Source of the DNA: Octopus bimaculoides
Taxonomy: Eukaryota
DNA length: 45,951 bases
Assembly: GCF_001194135.2 (NCBI RefSeq)
Contig: NC_068996.1
Location: 21,562,960 to 21,608,910 of the forward strand
Reading direction: 5' to 3'
Shown here: positions 1 to 9,994 of the stretch, piece after piece
How the letters are laid out: each line of letters starts with the position of its first letter
How positions within the stretch are numbered: the stretch's first letter is position 1
Position numbers and translations under genes: made by a program
The notes under the pieces: model-generated
Database searches by the model: none
Told to the model about the DNA's origin: nothing
The model's input: the letters and a program-made list of their open reading frames with translations, nothing else

Positions 1-45
<45 letters not shown>
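1..45. repeat. (GT)n microsatellite
   Basis: Direct reading. Confidence 0.99.
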
Positions 46-46
<1 letters not shown>

Positions 47-47
<1 letters not shown>

Positions 48-268
48 TCCTTGCTTTGACGTCTCATGATATCTGTAAACATGTAACACTGTCATACAAG
101 TAATGTGTTTCATTTCCAATCTTCCATAATATCATATCTGGTTATGGGGAAATATTACCTTGCTTGGAAACAGGTGACGGTTGGCAACAGAAGGGCAACT
201 AGCCATAGAAAATCAATGTCAACAAATTCTTAAAATCCATGTAAGCATGGAAAAGTCAATGTTAAAAT
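47..268 (+). mobile_element. Degenerate SINE 3' half with an RTE-like tail
   Basis: ...ttgcttggaaacaggtga...ccatg(t)aagcatggaaaagt...gttaaaatg. Related tails occur at about 24490-24750, 30070-30245, 32655-32885 (minus) and 36950-37190 (minus). Confidence 0.65.
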
Positions 269-274
269 GGTATA

Positions 275-443
275 TTCATCATCTTCATCATCATCATCAT
301 CATCATCATCATCGTTGTTGTCTAATGTCCGCTTTCCATGCTGGCATGGGTTGGACAGTTTGAATGAGGGCTGGCGAGCCAGTAGGCTGAGGCTGCACCA
401 GGCTCCAATCTGATCTGGCAAAGTTTCTACAGCTAGATTCCCT
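275..443 (-). mobile_element. 5'-truncated RTE LINE 3' end with (ATG)n tail, cut off by the Tc1/mariner insertion
   Basis: (CAT)n followed by ...tccgctttccatgctggcatgggttggac...ccaggctccaatctgat, the same motif as the other RTE tails in the window. Confidence 0.8.
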
Positions 444-445
444 TA

Positions 446-1707
446 GGGTGTCCCCAAAAAATGTATACACACTTTAGCAGCTGATAACTCAATTGATGTT
501 TTTTCTTTCCAGATGAAACCCACTGGAATTTATGATGGCAGTCAGACTAAACTTTGAACAAAGGAAATTAATTCTAAAATGCTACTGGAAGTGTGAAAAT
601 GCAGTTGAAGTGCAAAGACAGCTTAGGGGGAAGTTTCAAACAGATCCACCAACGCAACTGGCCATCACTTGAATTAGAGACAAGTTTGAAGCTGATGGAA
701 CTATTTAGGATGTCCATGAGAAGCATTCCAGAAGACCGCGAACATTGACAACCTCCACAAAGCAAGAAGGAGTACTGGAAACGAATCACCAAAGTCCAAG
801 AAAGTCTGTGTGGCAAGCAAGTCATATGCGGTAGGTATTCCAAAATCGTCTGTCCAGCACATTTTGAAGAGTTGTCAATGGAAAAATTACATTCCAAGAT
901 TAGTCCATGCTATTAATGACGATGATCCAGACCGAAGAGTGTAGTATTGCGAGTGGTACTTGGCACGATGTGTAAGAAGATGCACACTTACCAACAAAGA
1001 TTGTGTGGATTGATGAGGCTACATTCAAATTAAATGGTTCAATTAACCACCACAATTACACCGACTGGGGACCTGAGAATTCACATATTATGGTGGAACA
1101 CCATGTTAATTTAACAGGAGTTACAGTGTGGTGTGATTTATCATTAAGAGGATTAATTGGACCATACTTTTTTTGACGCTGCTGTGACTGATCCAATTTA
1201 CTTGAACTTGCTGCAACAGTTTGTCATGCCAAGAATTAAAGAAGACTTTGAAGATGAGGAGTTTTATTTTCAGTAAGATGGGGCACACTCAAACTACAAT
1301 CGCTATGTTAGATCCTTCTTTGAGGAGATCCTTCCAAATAGGTTGATCGGACAAAGGGGTTTTGATGAATACCCTCCACGTTCACCAAACCTCACACCAC
1401 TAGACTTTTTTTTATGGGGATACCTAAAAGTCAAAGTCTACGCTATGAAACCTGCAACAGTCGCTGATTTGAGAGCAGCCATTGAACGAGAATGCACACA
1501 AATACCAGATGAATTGTTTTGTGATATTTACGATTCCATTGCTTTGCATTGTCAGCAGTGCCTGGACCAGAACGGACGTCAGTTTAAAACAGGCATTGAC
1601 AAAACAATAAAATAATATCTGTAGATTCTATTAAATTTTGAAAATGGAATATATTTTAATAAACAGCTACTTTACAATTATTTAAAGTGTGTATACATTC
1701 TTTTGGG
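446..1707 (+). mobile_element. Tc1/mariner DD41D (rosa/Visitor-type) DNA transposon, near full length and dead
   Basis: Left TIR is GGGTGTCCCCAAAAAATGTATACACACTTT after TA. The right TIR AAAGTGTGTATACATTCTTTTGGG runs into the gap at 1708. Confidence 0.9.
535..1615 (+). pseudogene. DD41D transposase pseudogene
   Basis: Reads MAVRLNFEQRKLILKCYWKCENAVEVQRQ...IRDKFEADGT, then [14 protein letters not shown] (first D), then Q*DGAHSNY...YPPRSPNLTPLDFFLWGYLK with 41 residues between the second and third D. Several stops and frameshifts. Confidence 0.9.
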
Positions 1708-2418
1708 NNNNNNNNNNNNNNNNNNNNNNNNNNNNNNNNNNNNNNNNNNNNNNNNNNNNNNNNNNNNNNNNNNNNNNNNNNNNNNNNNNNNNNNNNNNNN
1801 NNNNNNNNNNNNNNNNNNNNNNNNNNNNNNNNNNNNNNNNNNNNNNNNNNNNNNNNNNNNNNNNNNNNNNNNNNNNNNNNNNNNNNNNNNNNNNNNNNNN
1901 NNNNNNNNNNNNNNNNNNNNNNNNNNNNNNNNNNNNNNNNNNNNNNNNNNNNNNNNNNNNNNNNNNNNNNNNNNNNNNNNNNNNNNNNNNNNNNNNNNNN
2001 NNNNNNNNNNNNNNNNNNNNNNNNNNNNNNNNNNNNNNNNNNNNNNNNNNNNNNNNNNNNNNNNNNNNNNNNNNNNNNNNNNNNNNNNNNNNNNNNNNNN
2101 NNNNNNNNNNNNNNNNNNNNNNNNNNNNNNNNNNNNNNNNNNNNNNNNNNNNNNNNNNNNNNNNNNNNNNNNNNNNNNNNNNNNNNNNNNNNNNNNNNNN
2201 NNNNNNNNNNNNNNNNNNNNNNNNNNNNNNNNNNNNNNNNNNNNNNNNNNNNNNNNNNNNNNNNNNNNNNNNNNNNNNNNNNNNNNNNNNNNNNNNNNNN
2301 NNNNNNNNNNNNNNNNNNNNNNNNNNNNNNNNNNNNNNNNNNNNNNNNNNNNNNNNNNNNNNNNNNNNNNNNNNNNNNNNNNNNNNNNNNNNNNNNNNNN
2401 NNNNNNNNNNNNNNNNNN
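1708..2418. other. Assembly gap (711 N). Other gaps: 5213-5222, 5892-5970, 15951-16084, 19754-19873, 27746-27755, 33841-34343, 43913-44012
   Basis: Runs of N. Confidence 0.99.
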
Positions 2419-2884
2419 CATTGACTGGTACTTTATTTATATATATAGCTGTTGTTATACATAACTTCTTGCTACGTACACAGCAACCAGCATCACTCGC
2501 ACAGGTTCTATCTCCACACTGTTTGTGAATTACTTCACCATGGTTAACAGCAAATACAACCTGCGAGAACTCCTGTAACAAGTAACCGGTAGCAGCATTG
2601 AAGCCACGACTTCTTGTACGACATGTGCCGCTCCCCAGCTCTGCATTGCAGCCTCAACTTCTTGATACAGCAATTCAACTACTGTGTACCTTGACGACGA
2701 ACTGGTATTTATCATCCAAGTGTCTGAACATTCTTCTAACGACATTGTAGACATCTTTCTAGGCTCTGTACTTATAGCACACACATACATCCATGTTTGT
2801 ACATACACACTTAGCATAAATGACGGCCTGCCTATTGTTATGTTTATATGTCGCACTCACACAGACACACATGTTAACATATAA

Positions 2885-3114
2885 GGCGGCGAGCTGGCAG
2901 AAACGTTAGCACACCGGGCGAAATGCTTAGCGGTATTTCGTCTGCCGCTACGTTCTGAGTTCAAATTCCGCCGAGGTCAACTTTGCCTTTCATCCTTTCG
3001 GGGTCGATTAAATAAGTACCAGTTACGCACTGGGGTCGATGTAATCGACTTAATCCGTTTGTCTGTCCTTGTTTGTCCCTCTGTGTGTAGCCCCTTTTGG
3101 GTAGTAAAGAAATA
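2885..3114 (+). mobile_element. Intact, apparently young tRNA-derived SINE with an 18-bp TSD
   Basis: ggcggcgagctggcagaaacgttagc...ttctgagttcaaattccgcc (B-box-like)...ggggtcgat...aaagaaata. The TSD ACACATGTTAACATATAA is at 2867-2884 and 3115-3132, and many CpGs are retained. Confidence 0.9.
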
Positions 3115-3301
3115 ACACATGTTAACATATAAATAAAATCTTCTTTTAAACCTTCTACCAGTTGTGTCTCTCTTTTCCTTCAGGCACTTATACAGCATTT
3201 ATCCTCTTTTCATATTTCTATTTGTATCTACCGTGCAATGTACTAAAGGAGCCATTCCTCGTCGCCTTCTCCTGTCGCACGGTCGTTACAAACTATATAA
3301 T

Positions 3302-3415
3302 TACACACACACACACACACGCACACGCACACACACACACACACACACACACGCACGCACGCACACACACACGCACACATATATATATGTGTGTGTGTGT
3401 GTGTAATTATATATT

Positions 3416-3458
<43 letters not shown>
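3302..3458. repeat. Compound (CA)n/(CACG)n/(GT)n/(TA)n microsatellite
   Basis: Direct reading. Confidence 0.98.
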
Positions 3459-3459
<1 letters not shown>

Positions 3460-3461
<2 letters not shown>

Positions 3462-3748
3462 GGAACAAAAATGCAGTAGAGGATATTAAAACGTTCGGAC
3501 AGATGGATGATACGAAGGTGGACAAGAGAAACAAGTACCAGAAGTCATGACCATTTCGGGTAGTTACACTTATATATATATAAGAAAAAGAAAATGGAGA
3601 TTCGGAAGTTCATAATTGTTTATTATTAACAGCTTAATAATCATCATCACTTACAGCTATTTCAGTTAATACTCAGTAAATATTAAGTATCATACTATTA
3701 ACAATAAACAATTATTAACTTTCCAATCTCCATTTTCTCTTTCTTCTT
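3460..3748 (-). mobile_element. Two adjacent Penelope-like terminal-repeat fragments, one a fold-back; both retain only the 3' half of a hammerhead
   Basis: A roughly 48-bp inverted repeat at about 3583-3630 / 3697-3745. The minus strand has GAAA TAGCTG TA AG in the loop, and the second fragment has CCC GAAA TG GTC ATGAC at about 3545-3562. Confidence 0.55.
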
Positions 3749-3940
3749 TTACATGAATATAAACTACGTTTTCATATATACACATCTATTATTTTAAGAA
3801 AATTAATTCCCCCAAAATACTAGCTATTGAACCAGTATTTCCTTGAGTGAAACCATCCCTTCATGAGGTTAATACAACCTCTAGTCGAATATATACATAT
3901 ATACACATACATATACATAGACATACACACACACACATAT

Positions 3941-4938
3941 CATCATCATCATCATTTAACCATCATCATTTAATGTCCATTGTCCATGCTGGCATGGGTT
4001 GGATGTTTTGACTAGGACTGGTAAACTGGAAAGCTGCACCAGACTCCAGTCTGATTTGACATGGCTTCTATGGCTGGATGCCCTTTCTAATGCCAACCAC
4101 TCAGAGAGTGTAACGGGTGCTTTTACATGCCACCAGCATGGGTGCCATTTGTGTGACACCAGTATCAGTCATGAGTGCAATTTTACTTGGCTTGATGGAT
4201 CTTCTTCTCTAGATCCATCCTAAGGTCTCGGTCATTTGTCATTGTCTCCATGAGGTCCAACACTTGAAAGGAGCTTTTCACATGCACTGGCATTGGCCAC
4301 TTTATCTCCATGAAGCCCAATGCTCAAAAAGTGCTTTTTACGTGCCATCAGCATGGGTGTCTGTTGTGTGACACCAGCATCAGCGCCAACTACAATTTAA
4401 CTTGCCTTGATAGGTCTTCTCAAGTACAGAATATCACCAAAGGTCTCGGTCACTAGTCATTGCCTCTGTGATGCCCAAAGTCCGAAGATCATGCTTCATC
4501 ACCTCGTCCCATGTCTTCTTGGGTCTACCTCTACCACAGATTCCCTCCACAGTTAGAGATTGGTACTTCTTTACACAGCTGACTCTATCTATATGCATCA
4601 TATGATCATACCAGCACAATTGTCTCTCTTGCATACTACATCTGATGCCTCTTATGCCTAACTTTTCTCTCAAGATGCTTAAACTCTGTTGAACATGTAC
4701 ACTGATATTGCCCATCCAGTGAAGCATACTGGCTTCATTTCCTTCAAACCTATGCATGTCCTCAGTTGTCATAACCCATGTTTCACTGCTATGTAACATA
4801 GCTGTTTGCATGCAGGCAACACACAATCTGCCTTTCACTTTTAGGGAGAGGCATTTTGTTACCAGCAGAGGTAGGAGCTCTCTGAACTTTGCCCAGCCTA
4901 TTCTTATTCTCACAGCTATGCTCTCAGGACATCCAGCT
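3941..4938 (-). mobile_element. RTE LINE 3' portion (RT C-terminus, 3' UTR and (ATG)n tail)
   Basis: ORF 4434-4913 reads RIRIGWAKFRELLPLLVTK...MLHSSETW...WYDHMMH...GRGRPKKTWDEVMKHDL, typical of an RTE-clade C-terminus. (CAT)n tail at 3941. Confidence 0.92.
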
Positions 4939-5212
4939 GTAAAAACCTTACTAAAACTGACTTTGCCTGTTCTTGTACCATGTAAAAAGCACTACTCACC
5001 TCACCAGTGCTTGTGCCATGAAAAAAAGCACTAAGCCCACTCTGCTGAGTGGTTGGTGTTAGGAAGGGCATCCAGCTGTAAAAATCCTGCCTAAACAGCC
5101 ACAGAAGTCTGATGCAGGCTTTGACCTAGCCAGCTCTTATAAAACCATCCCACCCATGCTCACATGGAAGGCAGACATTAAACAATGATGATGATGATGA
5201 TGATGATGATGA
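4939..5212 (+). mobile_element. RTE 3' UTR and tail fragment, plus strand
   Basis: catccagctgtaaaaa...ttggtgttaggaagggcatccagc...catggaaggcagacattaaacaa(TGA)n. Confidence 0.8.
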
Positions 5213-5222
5213 NNNNNNNNNN

Positions 5223-7292
5223 CCTTCATATGGTCAGAGATTTAGGGACATCCTAATTGAGAAATTTGATAAAAGGGAGGAAGACTAGTGACATATAGGG
5301 CAACTGGGAATTCCTGTGGGATATCTTGCTGAGTACCACAAATCAAATCTGCGGGTGGTGCAAAGTCCCTTCCTGACCTAATGTGACATGGTGGTGGAAT
5401 GATGCTGTAGACAGGGCTATTAGAGCAAAGAAACAGGCCTGGAAGGCCTGGAAGAGTGGGGGCAGCAGGGAACTGTATCAGATAGCTAGAAGGGAAGCTA
5501 GGAGACAGGTATATGTAACCAAGGTAGAAGCAGAAAAGAAGTTTTGCCTATGTTCAGTAACGTGAGAACCAAAGAACTGAAGTATCTCGGATTGCAAGAG
5601 AGTGTGTGAGAAAAAATTGTGATGTCAAAGAAGAAAAATGTGTCCACATGGATGATGGATCACTTGCTTTTAATGGGTCTGCAAAGAAAGAGGCTTGGAG
5701 ATGCCATTATGAAAGACTATTGAATGTAGAGAATGAATGGGAGGAGGAGAGTCGGTCAAATGTTGACCCAATTGAGGGACCAGCAGTCCAAATTGACAGT
5801 ACCTTGGTAGATAAAGCACTTACAGATATGAAAACAGGGAAAGCCCCTGGACCATTAGGAATCACCATTGAGATGCTTAAAATATCTGGCANNNNNNNNN
5901 NNNNNNNNNNNNNNNNNNNNNNNNNNNNNNNNNNNNNNNNNNNNNNNNNNNNNNNNNNNNNNNNNNNNNNCAGCAGGGAACTGTATCAGATAGCTAGAAG
6001 GGAAGCTAGGAGACAGGTATATGTAACCAAGGTAGAAGCAGAAAAGAAGTTTTGCCTATGTTCAGTAACGTGAGAACCAAAGAACTGAAGTATCTCGGAT
6101 TGCAAGAGAGTGTGTGAGAAAAAATTGTGATGTCAAAGAAGAAAAATGTGTCCACATGGATGATGGATCACTTGCTTTTAATGGGTCTGCAAAGAAAGAG
6201 GCTTGGAGATGCCATTATGAAAGACTATTGAATGTAGAGAATGAATGGGAGGAGGAGAGTCGGTCAAATGTTGACCCAATTGAGGGACCAGCAGTCCAAA
6301 TTGACAGTACCTTGGTAGATAAAGCACTTACAGATATGAAAACAGGGAAAGCCCCTGGACCATTAGGAATCACCATTGAGATGCTTAAAATATCTGGCAG
6401 TGTGGGTTATGGTCTAGTAACATGTATTGTAAATCAAGAGTTTCATGAAGGAGCCATACCCAACAACTGGTGTAGCAGCACCATAGTCAACTGCTACAAA
6501 AGTAAAGGCGATGCTTTAGAGAGAAATAATTACAGAGGTATTAAATTGTTGGATCAGGTGATGAAAGTTATGGAGAGGGTCATAGCCCAGCTAATTAGGG
6601 AGAGGGTCAGTCTATGAGATGCAGTTAGGTTTTGTGCAAGGGAGAAACACCACTGATACTATATTTCTGCAGGATAAATACATAGCCAAAGATAAACCTC
6701 TGTACTTGGCTTTTGTTGACTTGGAGAAAGCCCTTGACAGGGTCCCCCAATCCCTTATCTGGTGGTCAATGTGGAAACTAGGGAGAGACAAGTATTTGGT
6801 GAGAGCTGTGCAAGCCATATACAGGGATGCTACCTGTAAGGTGAGGGTGGGTAATGAGTACAGTGAAGAATTCAGAGCAGAAGTAGGAGTACATCAAGGA
6901 TCAGTCCTCAGCTTCCTCTAGTTCATCATAGTCCTCCAGGTAATGACAGAGGAATTTAAGACAAGCTGTCCCTGGGAGCTCCTCTATGCTGATGACCTTG
7001 TTTTTATATCTGAATCACTACCAGAATTAGAGAAGATGTTTCAGGTATGGAAGTAAGGTCCAGAATGAAAGGGTCTTAGAGTTAACCTAACAAAAACCAA
7101 AGTTTTAGTAAGTAGGAAGCCAGACAAATCACAAATCCCTTCAGGTAGATGGCTCTGCTTGATCTGTAGAAAAGCATAGGGAGAAACTCCATAAGATGTA
7201 CTCAGTGTAAGTCTTGGATACATAAGAGGTGCAGCAATATCAGAGGAAAGTTAATGGGGAAAATAGCTTGTGTATGTGGAAAGTTCACAGCT
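5223..7292 (+). pseudogene. RTE LINE ORF2 body (linker and RT domain), disrupted, with a duplicated block around the 79-N gap
   Basis: Contains the motifs MKTGKAPGPLGITIEMLK, NYRGIKLL, LYLAFVDLEKALDRVP, GVHQGSVLS and LLYADDLV, with stops and frameshifts. Confidence 0.93.
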
Positions 7293-9088
7293 ACCAGCAG
7301 AGGTAGGAGCTCTCTGAACTTTGCCCAGCCTAATCTTATTCTCATAGCTATGCTCTCAGAGCATCCAGCTCCACTACTAACTTGATCACCTAGATGACAG
7401 AAGCTATCTACTATCTCTAGCTTACCCCACTGGCAGGTGATGAGGTCTATTTTCTGCACATTTTCAGTGTTTATTGTACCTGTGCACCTTTCACATACAA
7501 AAATTAGTTTCCCTGTTAACCTTCCTCTGATGTTACTGCACTTTTTATGTGTCCAAAGCTTGAGTGTATCTTATGGAGTTTCTACCTACACCTTTTCTAC
7601 AGATCAAGCAGGGCCATCTACCTGAAGAGATTTGTGATTTGTCTGCCTTCCCGCTTACTATGACTCTAGTTTTACTAGGTTAACTTTGAGGCCTTTTGAT
7701 TCTAGACTTTGCTTCCATACCTGGAATTACTTCTCTAGTTTAGATAGTGATTCAGCTATAAGAGCAAGGTCATAAGTATAGAGGAGTTACCAGGGGCAGC
7801 CTGTCGTGAATTCCTTTATTATTGCCTGGAGGACTATGATGAACAAGAGGGGGATGAGCACCAATCCTTGGTGAACTCATACTTGTACTCTGAATTCTTC
7901 ACTGTACTCATTGCCCACCCTCACCTTACTGGTAGCATCCCTGTACAAGGCTTGTACAGCTCTCACCAAATACTTGTCTCTCCCTAGTTTCCACATTAAC
8001 CACCAGATAAGGGATTAGGGTCCCTGTCAAACGCTTTCTGCAACTCAACAAAAGCCAAGTACAGAGGTTTATGTTTGGCTATGTATTTCTCCTGCAGTTG
8101 CCTTACCAGAAATATAGCATCAGTGGTGCTTCTACATGGCACAAAACCAAACTGCATCTCATCTAGACTCTCTCCCTAATTAGTTGGGCTATGACTCTCT
8201 CTGTAACTTTCATCATCTGATCCAACAATTTGATACCTTTATAATTATTTCAGTCTAAAGCGTCACCTTTATCTTTGCAGCAGTTGATTATGGTGCTGCT
8301 ACATCAGTTATTGGGTATGACTCCTTCATGAACCACCTGATTTACAATAACCCACACTGTCAGACCATAACCCACAGCGCCAGATATTTTAAGCATCTCA
8401 ATGGTGATTCCTAATGGTCCAGGGGCTTTCCCTGTTTTCATATCTGTAAGTGCTTTATCTACCAAGGTACTGTCAATTTGGACTGCTGGTCCCTCAATTG
8501 GGTCAACATTTGACCGACTCTCCTCCTCCCATTCATTCTCTACATTCAATAGTCTTTCATAATGGCATCTCCAAGCCTCTTTCTTTGCAGACCCATTAAA
8601 AGCAAGTGATCCATCATCCATGTGGACACATTTTTCTTCTTTGACATCACAATTTTTTCTCACACACTCTCTTGCAATCCGAGATACTTCAGTTCTTTGG
8701 TTCTCACGTTACTGAACATAGGCAAAACTTCTTTTCTGCTTCTACCTTGGTTACATATACCTGTCTCCTAGCTTCCCTTCTAGCTATCTGATACAGTTCC
8801 CTGCTACCCCCACTCTTCCAGGCCTTCCAAACCTGTTTCTTTGCTCTAATGGCCCAGTCTACAGTATTGTACCACCACCGCGTTACCCTAGGTCTGGAAG
8901 GGACTTTGCACGAACTACAGATTTGGTCTGTGGCACTCAGCAAGCTATCTTGCAGGAATTCCCAGTCGCCCTCTATGTTACAAGTTTGTCGCTCCTCCTC
9001 CCTTTTATCAAATTTCTCAATTAGGATGCTTTTAAATCTCTGACCATATGAAGGGTCCTTAAGCTTCTAAATCCTTCTTTTCCAGATT
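7293..9088 (-). pseudogene. Second RTE LINE ORF2 body, inverted relative to 5223-7292
   Basis: Reverse-complement homologue with the same motifs (KAPGPLGITIEMLK; VDSFCHLGDQVSSG...RIRLGWAKFRELLPLLV). Roughly 80% similar by eye outside one identical block. Confidence 0.93.
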
Positions 9089-9089
9089 G

Positions 9090-9120
<31 letters not shown>

Positions 9121-9189
9121 CACATACATATATACATATAAAGATATACTATATGACATTGTAAAATAAGCAAAAGTAAATTTTGATGA

Positions 9190-9452
9190 TATAGCAGTCT
9201 CTATATTCTCTATCATTATGATTATTACTAATATACACTCCAGATAATACTATCAACCAGTAAAGCGAGCACAGAATTAGCCAACTACAACCTTAGGAAT
9301 GAGAACCCAGGTTCAAAATTTCCCCAAGACACCTGATGAAGGCTGGAGTGTGTATCAGCTGAAACATTGTGTTAACAACAAACAAGATGAGGACAAATAT
9401 CTGTCAAATGTAAATAATGTACATAATTCTTCATCTCTTAAATATAGAACTG
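9190..9452 (+). mobile_element. Probable solo pseudo-LTR / 3' fragment of a Penelope-like element
   Basis: Carries the hammerhead motif followed by an inverted repeat (AGATGAGGA...TCTTCATCT). Hammerheads in terminal repeats are an established feature of Penelope-like elements. Boundaries are approximate. Confidence 0.55.
9328..9373 (+). ncRNA. Degenerate minimal hammerhead motif in a Penelope-like terminal-repeat fragment
   Basis: GACAC [CTGATGA] A GGCTG-loop-CAGCT [GAAA] CA TT GTGTT. Stem I is GACAC/GTGTT. Two changes consistent with CpG decay (CAGCC>CAGCT and AACGTT>AACATT) weaken stems II and III. Confidence 0.7.
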
Positions 9453-9613
9453 AACTCCTAGTAGTTATAGACATTAAATACTAAAATCAATGCAGTTAAT
9501 CATAACCTGGAATATGACAGAGCTATCATGGTATCCAGAAAGATAATATATCCCTCTAAACTCACACACACATTATTTATTTAAAGGTCACAATACATGT
9601 ATTAAAGTGCTAC

Positions 9614-9970
9614 TAATAGTTTCATATGTTGAGAAAACTCAATTCTTCAGGTGCAAACCACATATCATGACATCATCATCATCATCATCGTCGTTTAACG
9701 TCCACCTTCCATGCTAGCATGAGTTGGACGATTTGACTGAGGACTGGTGGACCAGGAGGCAACACCAGGCTCCAATCTGATTTGGCAGAGTTTCTACAGC
9801 TGGATGCCCTTCCTAACGCCAACCACTCTGAAAGTGTAGTGGGTGCTTTTACATGTCACCGGCACGAGGACCAGTCAGGTGGGTACTGGCAACGGCCACG
9901 CTCGAAATGGTGTATTTTACGTGCCACCTGCACAGGAGCCAGTTCATCGGCACTGGCAACGATCTTGCTT
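9614..9970 (-). mobile_element. Young 5'-truncated RTE 3' UTR copy
   Basis: (CAT)n-cgtttaacgtccaccttccatgctagcatg...ggcactggcaacgatcttgct. Confidence 0.88.
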
Positions 9971-9994
9971 GAATGTGAACATAAGAAATTGAAT

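Noticed and set aside
1678-2581. Long ORFs of 245-299 aa (and those at 33640-34424)
   Set aside because: They are open only because they run through N gaps.
2684-2712. VYLDDELVF resembling an LTR-retrotransposon YLDD motif
   Set aside because: No other RT motifs flank it and the frame contains nearby stops.
5971-6400. Tandem duplication of an RTE segment as a biological event
   Set aside because: The two copies sit on either side of a 79-N gap, which is typical of unmerged overlapping contig ends.
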